From: Neocallimastix sp. 'constans'
Lineage: Eukaryota
Assembly: GCA_050613775.1 (NCBI GenBank)
Contig: JBODTK010000149.1
Location: forward strand, 124,001-188,000
DNA length: 64,000 nucleotides
Direction: 5' to 3'
Of this stretch, positions 54,903 through 64,000 are shown in pieces. Position numbers and translations under genes: made by a program. The number at the start of each line of letters is the position of its first letter. Within the stretch, counting starts at the first letter, position 1. The notes below the pieces were generated by a model. The model saw only the letters and a list, made by a program, of their open reading frames with translations, made no database searches and was not told where the DNA came from.

Positions 54903-56330
54903 TTAATCAATAATTTTTATATTTAAATCATTTAAGCATTTCAACCATAAGTCAATGAAATCATTTCTAACACTTTCCTTTTTTTTTAATAGAATTTCCA
55001 TATTTTTGTAATATTTAACCAAAGCTTTAATTTCCTCAGTTCTTATTAATTTTTTTGTTTTTTATTTCTTAAAATTCCTGCAGTTCTCCTTTCGTAATCA
55101 ATGTAATATTTTGATTCTTCTTTTTGCAATTCTGATAGTAATTGAAAAAAAGTTGGTTTTTTTGCAAATAATATTTTTAAGTATTTATTAAAAGTTTCTG
55201 AAACATTATTTGTAATATGCTCAATATTATCATAATAGTTCCAATTTTCAGTTTCATAGTTAATTAAATAAGTTTTTTTAAAATATTCTAAAAATTCTAA
55301 AAATTGAACATAATTATGTTCTTGGCACTCACTTTTTATTTTACTATATATATCATATATATATTCAGGATTAATGAAAGGAAAGTTCGAGATATTATTA
55401 TAATAAATATATAAATCTTTTATTTTTTCTACTTTATCACCACATAATTCTTTTTTTTTTAATTTCTAATGCTCTTTTAAAATGCCATATACAGTATTTA
55501 ATATTTGCATTAATAAAAACTTTTTGTGCAGCATTAGATACAGCTTTTTCAAAATCGCAATGAAATATTTTTGGTGTAATTTCAATACTATTATATTTAC
55601 TAGAATTTTTTTTTATTTCTTCAAATAATATTTCATAAGTTGTTTGCTTTTTATTTTTTAATATAGAACAGGAAGTAGTGTAAAAACAATTTAATTCTGT
55701 AACATAGGTTCTAGTTATGAATACTTGATAACTAAATATAGGTGCAATATAAAATGTGCCATCCGCAAAAATATGTTTATTTTTAGAAAATAATTCTGCT
55801 TGGAATGGAGATTGAAAAACAATTAAATCATTATTTTTGAATATCATAAAATTTTCATCCCTTTTTGTTTTATAATATTTTGATTCATTGGGAATTTCAT
55901 TAAATGATGTTATATCAAGAGGTAGTTGTTTTCTTCTACTTCTTGTTACTTGGGATTTAATTAAATTATATCCTGGACATATAAGACCCATACCTTGAGA
56001 AATTTCATCATATGTACGTTTTATATTTACATTAAAAGGAATTGAACTTTTTGAAATTTCATCTTTAATTTTATTTTTTACAATTGATTTAGCTGCTCCA
56101 AATTTATTTTCAAGATGATTATGTGAGTCATCATATTCTAAGATTTGATTCTCATTATTTAAAATAATGAAAGATGGACATTGATTTAATGTTTTATATT
56201 CTGTACATTTATATTTTTTTGAATTGTCTTTCCTTTTGGATGAAAGATTAAACTTATATTTTCTGTTTAAAATAATTTGTTCTTTTCCTCTATTAGTTTT
56301 GCTTATTTCAATTTCTAGATTTTTCTCCAT
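54903..56330 (-). pseudogene. MULE transposase (FLYWCH-like Zn finger plus DDE) with frameshift(s) in homopolymer runs
   Basis: ORF 56330-55437 has YKC...CPS...HNH, FADGTF, HCDFE and CIWH. After a shift in the T-run at ~55450-55460 the frame continues ...WNYY...ITNNVSETFN (third catalytic E); a second shift near 55050 leads to a stop at 54903. The shifts may be sequencing errors. Confidence 0.85.
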
Positions 56331-56405
56331 TTTTTTTTTTTTTTAATAAAAGTTTCTAATTAAATATTCTAATGATTAATTTTAATAATATATATTTTTA
56401 ATTAT

Positions 56406-57012
56406 TGTAACGAATATTGGAATATCCGTGTTTTAAAGAGTGTAACACAATAGGTAAGCACTTTTTGATTAATAAGTAATTTGGTTTTTTAGAATATAGT
56501 TTTATTAATTAAGAAATTTAAAAATATTAATTATAAAGATTAATTATTGTAATATTTCGAATTACTTATTAATTAATTTAATAATTAATAAAAACACAAT
56601 TTTTAAAATATTTTTTTTTTTGGCTGCGAAATTCACTCCTATTTATAGTTTTTCAAAATTTAAATCCATAAAAATTTAAAACCATAAAATCATTAAAAAG
56701 TTTCATAAAAATTGATTATTTTCGGTTAAAAAGAATCTAAAGGAAATAATGATAAAAGATAAATTAAAATAGAATTTCTATCTGATTTGTTTCTATTAAT
56801 TTCTAAGAATTTCTTTTGTTAATTTTTACAGAAATTTATACAGAAACAAATACAGAAACAAATACAGAAATGAAGTATAAAAATTCTTTAAAATTTAAAT
56901 GATATAAAATTTTAGTAAAGGTGTGAGTCGAACCCTAGTGGTTCAGGCTGAGGTCATAGTGACTAACCACTATGCAAGCATTCTAATTTCTAATTTTTTA
57001 AGATTCGTTACA
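56406..57012 (-). repeat. 3' LTR (607 bp)
   Basis: TGTAACGAAT...ATTCGTTACA terminal inverted repeat. One C/T difference from the other LTR found by eye (gactaaccac vs gactaatcac). Confidence 0.97.
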
Positions 57013-57233
57013 TGGTCCTCCTCTAGGATTCGGATGCCAGACGAATCTTTTGCTTTAAATCTAAACTATTTCTAATTCTAACTTTTATAATAATAAACTA
57101 TAACTAAAATACTTATAGGAGTGATAATTTAATTAATACATTGGATAATAAAAATTACATGAATTTTAAGTTTTAAAAATAAAGTATAAAAATAAAACTA
57201 TCTAGAATAAATGTTTTTGAATAATATAAAATA

Positions 57234-57266
<33 letters not shown>

Positions 57267-57334
57267 ATCATAAGTTAGAATGATTAATAGTACTTTGATG
57301 AAATAAAATTTATTTTTGATTAAATGATTTATAT

Positions 57335-60352
<3,018 letters not shown>

Positions 60353-60439
60353 CTAATTATTGATTACTAATTATTAATTATTAATTATTAATTATTATTA
60401 ATTATTAAATATTGATTATTACTAATTATTATTAATTAT

Positions 60440-60680
60440 TATTATTAATTATTACTAATTATTGAATATTGATTATTACTATTAATTATTACTAATTATT
60501 GAATATTGATTATTACTATTAATTATTACTAATTATTGAATATTGATTATTACTATTAATTATTACTAATTATTGAATATTGATTATTACTATTAATTAT
60601 TACTAATTATTGAATATTGATTATTACTATTAATTATTACTAATTATTGAATATTGATTATTATTATTATTAATTATTAA
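60440..60680. repeat. 37-bp AT-rich tandem repeat (~6 copies) in the Gypsy leader
   Basis: Unit gaatattgattattactattaattattactaattatt. Confidence 0.85.
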
Positions 60681-60760
60681 TTATTAATTATTACTAATTA
60701 TTGATTATTAATTATTATTATTAATTATTAAATATTAATTATTAAATATTAATTATTACT

Positions 60761-60797
<37 letters not shown>

Positions 60798-61024
60798 TAT
60801 AATCATTAATTTTGTTTGAATAATAAATATACAATATAATTAATTATTAGAAGAAGTAAATATTTAATTTCAATATAAATAATTTTAATTTCAAGGATGG
60901 CTATATGGATTATTGAAAATATTAATAATTTTAATATATAGTAAAATTCAAGGGTTCCGATTGAATTTATAAATTCATGAATGAATTTTGGTAGAAAAAT
61001 TTATAGTCTTGGTAAGTGGTTTCA

Positions 61025-61185
61025 AAAATAGTAGAAAATGGGATTCCTTAACGGGGTTCCAAAAAAGAATAGTAGTAAATGGGATTCCTTAACGGTGTTC
61101 CAAAAATAGTAGTAGAAAATGGGATTCCTTAACGGGGTTCCAAAAATAGTAGTAGAAAATGGGATTCCTTAACGGGGTTCCAAAA
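61025..61185. repeat. 40-41 bp tandem repeat (4 copies) in the Gypsy leader
   Basis: gggattccttaacgg(g/t)gttccaaaaa begins at 61040, 61081, 61121 and 61161. Confidence 0.92.
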
Positions 61186-61222
61186 AGAGTAAAAGTGCAA
61201 AGGTATTGTGCTTAGTTTAGTG

Positions 61223-61233
61223 GTGTTTTTATT
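61223..61233 (-). promoter_or_regulatory. Putative self-priming primer-binding site (Tf1-type)
   Basis: Minus-strand AATAAAAACAC at the LTR/leader junction is complementary to GTGTTTTTATT in the LTR (61424-61414). No TGG-starting tRNA PBS is present. Confidence 0.65.
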
Positions 61234-61839
61234 GTAACGAATATTGGAATATCCGTGTTTTAAAGAGTGTAACACAATAGGTAAGCACTTTTTGATTAAT
61301 AAGTAATTTGGTTTTTTAGAATATAGTTTTATTAATTAAGAAATTTAAAAATATTAATTATAAAGATTAATTATTGTAATATTTCGAATTACTTATTAAT
61401 TAATTTAATAATTAATAAAAACACAATTTTTAAAATATTTTTTTTTTTGGCTGCGAAATTCACTCCTATTTATAGTTTTTCAAAATTTAAATCCATAAAA
61501 ATTTAAAACCATAAAATCATTAAAAAGTTTCATAAAAATTGATTATTTTCGGTTAAAAAGAATCTAAAGGAAATAATGATAAAAGATAAATTAAAATAGA
61601 ATTTCTATCTGATTTGTTTCTATTAATTTCTAAGAATTTCTTTTGTTAATTTTTACAGAAATTTATACAGAAACAAATACAGAAACAAATACAGAAATGA
61701 AGTATAAAAATTCTTTAAAATTTAAATGATATAAAATTTTAGTAAAGGTGTGAGTCGAACCCTAGTGGTTCAGGCTGAGGTCATAGTGACTAATCACTAT
61801 GCAAGCATTCTAATTTCTAATTTTTTAAGATTCGTTACA
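61233..61839 (-). repeat. 5' LTR (607 bp), with a minus-strand TATA-like CTATAAATAGG at 61475-61465
   Basis: Near-identical to 56406-57012. Confidence 0.97.
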
Positions 61840-62607
61840 ATTATATATACTTTAAATGAAGATTAATTATTCAAATATTATTTTTTAATTCTTCTATATT
61901 TTAAATAATTCCTTTTTTTAGTGTAACTGGATAAATATAAAGTATTTATAAGTTTATTATATTTTTTATTATATAAGTATAAAAATTTTTATATTATAAT
62001 TTTATATTTATTTTTATATTTAATAACTATTATAATTTTCATCATTATTATAAAAATATTATTATTGATGTTTCTGTAATTATTGCTACAGTTTATATTA
62101 TTTATTTATTATTTATTATATATTATTCATTATTAATTTATAAAATATTATAAGAAAAACTTTTTACATTTTTCTTAAGTAGGTAAATATTATTTTTATT
62201 AATTCATTTATATATATATTTGTAAATAATAATAATATTATTTATAATTTAATCGTCATTATTATTATTAATGACAATCCTTTTATAATTATAGCAATAG
62301 TGTTTATATTATTATTTTTTTATTAATTATATTACTATATTGTTTATTTTATTATTATTTTTTTTTTTATTTATTATTTATCAATTTATTATTTATTTAA
62401 ACAGATATTTGTAAAGCTATTTATATATGAAAAAATTTTTTTTAATATTTAAATATTTACTTCATAATTATAAATACATCAATATTAAAAATATTTAATT
62501 TTATTTATTTATTTATTTATTTAATAATTCTCAATTTGGCGAAAAGCAACTTGGCGAAAAGCAACTTGGCGAAATGCCCCACACCCGATCGTGCATTTGG
62601 CAATGTG

Positions 62608-62916
62608 GGGTGTGGGGCATTTCGCCAAATTGCAATTCGCCAAGTTGCATTTCGCCAGATTGAAAATTATTAAATAAATCAATAAATCAATAAATAAAAT
62701 TAAATATTATTAATATCGCATAAAAACAATTTTAAAAAAAATATTTTTTGAATTAATATTTTTTTATTTATTCATTTATTTATATCAATACTTTACTTGT
62801 CGAAATGCAACCTGGCAAAAGGGAAATGCAACTTGGGGAAATGCAACATTTTAATACTACGCCACTTGGCGAAATGCAACCTGACGAAATGCAATTTGGG
62901 GAAATGCAACTCTCCC
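62608..62916. mobile_element. Non-autonomous ~310-bp derivative of the MULE, in inverted orientation
   Basis: Starts with gggtgtggggcatttcgcc (the MULE right end inverted) and finishes with gaaatgcaactctccc (the MULE left end inverted). Contains multiple gaaatgcaac subrepeats. Confidence 0.7.
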
Positions 62917-62917
62917 G

Positions 62918-63269
62918 GATCGTGCATTTGGCAATGTGGTGTATAAATTTTTTAAATAAATCCATACATTTTTAAGATATTCTATTATTCTATACTATCA
63001 TAAATAAATATATAAATAATAATTATTTTTTTTAAAATAATAATAATAATATATTTAAATATTATTAAATAACTATTTAAAAAGAAATAATAATATATTC
63101 TATTAAAAAGAATTATAAAAAATTATTTTTATAATTGAATATTAATAAATTATATATATAAAAAAGAATATTTATTATTTATTTACTTATTTATTTATTT
63201 ATTAAAAACAAACCTCATACAAAAATATGCCATATTGCAAAATGCACAATTGCGAAATGCCCTAGATTC
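62918..63269. mobile_element. MITE-like element C (left end apparently truncated)
   Basis: Left end gatcgtgcatttggcaatgtgg versus right end ccatattgcaaaatgcacaattgcgaaatgccctagattc. Internal blocks are shared with element D. Confidence 0.55.
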
Positions 63270-63278
63270 ATTATATTT

Positions 63279-63741
63279 GAATCTAGTGAGTTTCGCATTT
63301 CTCAATGTGGCATATTTTTGTATGTGGCTTGTTTTTAATAAATAAATAAATAAATAATAAATATTTTTTTTCAATTAATTAATAATATTTAATTGTAAAA
63401 ATATAATATTATTTATTTTGAAATAATTACATATTTAAATATATTTATTGCAATTTTTCTTTATTTTTTAATTATATATTTAAATATGTTTATTACTTTT
63501 TTTTATTTATTTAATTATATATTTAATTATTATTTTAAAAGAAATAATAACATATTTTTACAATTAAATATTAATGAATAACTATTTCAAAAGAAATAAT
63601 AATATATTCTAAAAAAAAATATCTTTAACAACTTAATAAATTATATATATAAAAAAAGAATATTTATTATTTACTTATTATTTATTTAATTATTAAAACA
63701 AGCCACATTATGATATGCACGTTGCGAAATGCACTAAATTC
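63279..63741. mobile_element. MITE-like element D, same family as C
   Basis: TIRs gaatctagtgagtttcgc... and ...gcgaaatgcactaaattc. Flanked by attatattt and attaatttt, a degenerate 9-bp TSD of MULE-like length. Confidence 0.6.
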
Positions 63742-63856
63742 ATTAATTTTTTATATTAAAAAATTTATTTCAGTTTTAAATAAACCTAAATGGTATTAAT
63801 GCACAAATTTGAAAATCAATATATACTTTTGAAAAAAATTAATAGACATTAATAAT

Positions 63857-63894
<38 letters not shown>

Positions 63895-64000
63895 AAACAA
63901 AATAAAACAAAATAAAATGGAAATATAGACATTAAAATTAATATATATATAATATTAATAAAATTAAAAATATATATAAATATAAATTAAAAAATAAAAA

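Noticed and set aside
61025..61185. CRISPR-like regularly spaced repeats
   Set aside because: The intervening sequences are near-identical rather than unique spacers, there are no cas genes, and the array lies in a eukaryotic retrotransposon leader.

Overview
Extremely AT-rich, intron-rich eukaryotic DNA. The base composition, long homopolymers and microsatellites, and two flagellar genes point to a zoosporic fungus, most likely an anaerobic gut fungus (Neocallimastigomycota; inference). Host genes, in order: 3' end of a CATIP-like ciliary gene (+), LAMTOR4-like (-) divergent from prefoldin subunit 1 (+), an intronless DED1/DDX3 helicase (+), ribose-5-phosphate isomerase B with 3 introns (-), a degenerate-bromodomain/C2H2 zinc-finger gene (+), UFD4/TRIP12 HECT ligase (-), CFAP43 (+) and a G-protein gamma subunit (+). 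Intergenic regions hold a decayed Copia element and three GC-richer islands that share a motif and look like 3' ends of one non-LTR retroelement group. The last ~10 kb is a transposon nest. A MULE DNA transposon is interrupted by a very young Ty3/Gypsy chromovirus with 607-bp near-identical LTRs and an ATTAT target-site duplication (TSD). Its single intact ORF has lost the whole RT/RNase H core in frame, and its primer site looks Tf1-type (self-priming, tRNA-independent). Rearranged TIRs and MITE-like copies follow. Exon boundaries were read by eye from GT/AG sites and reading frame; no database searches were run.
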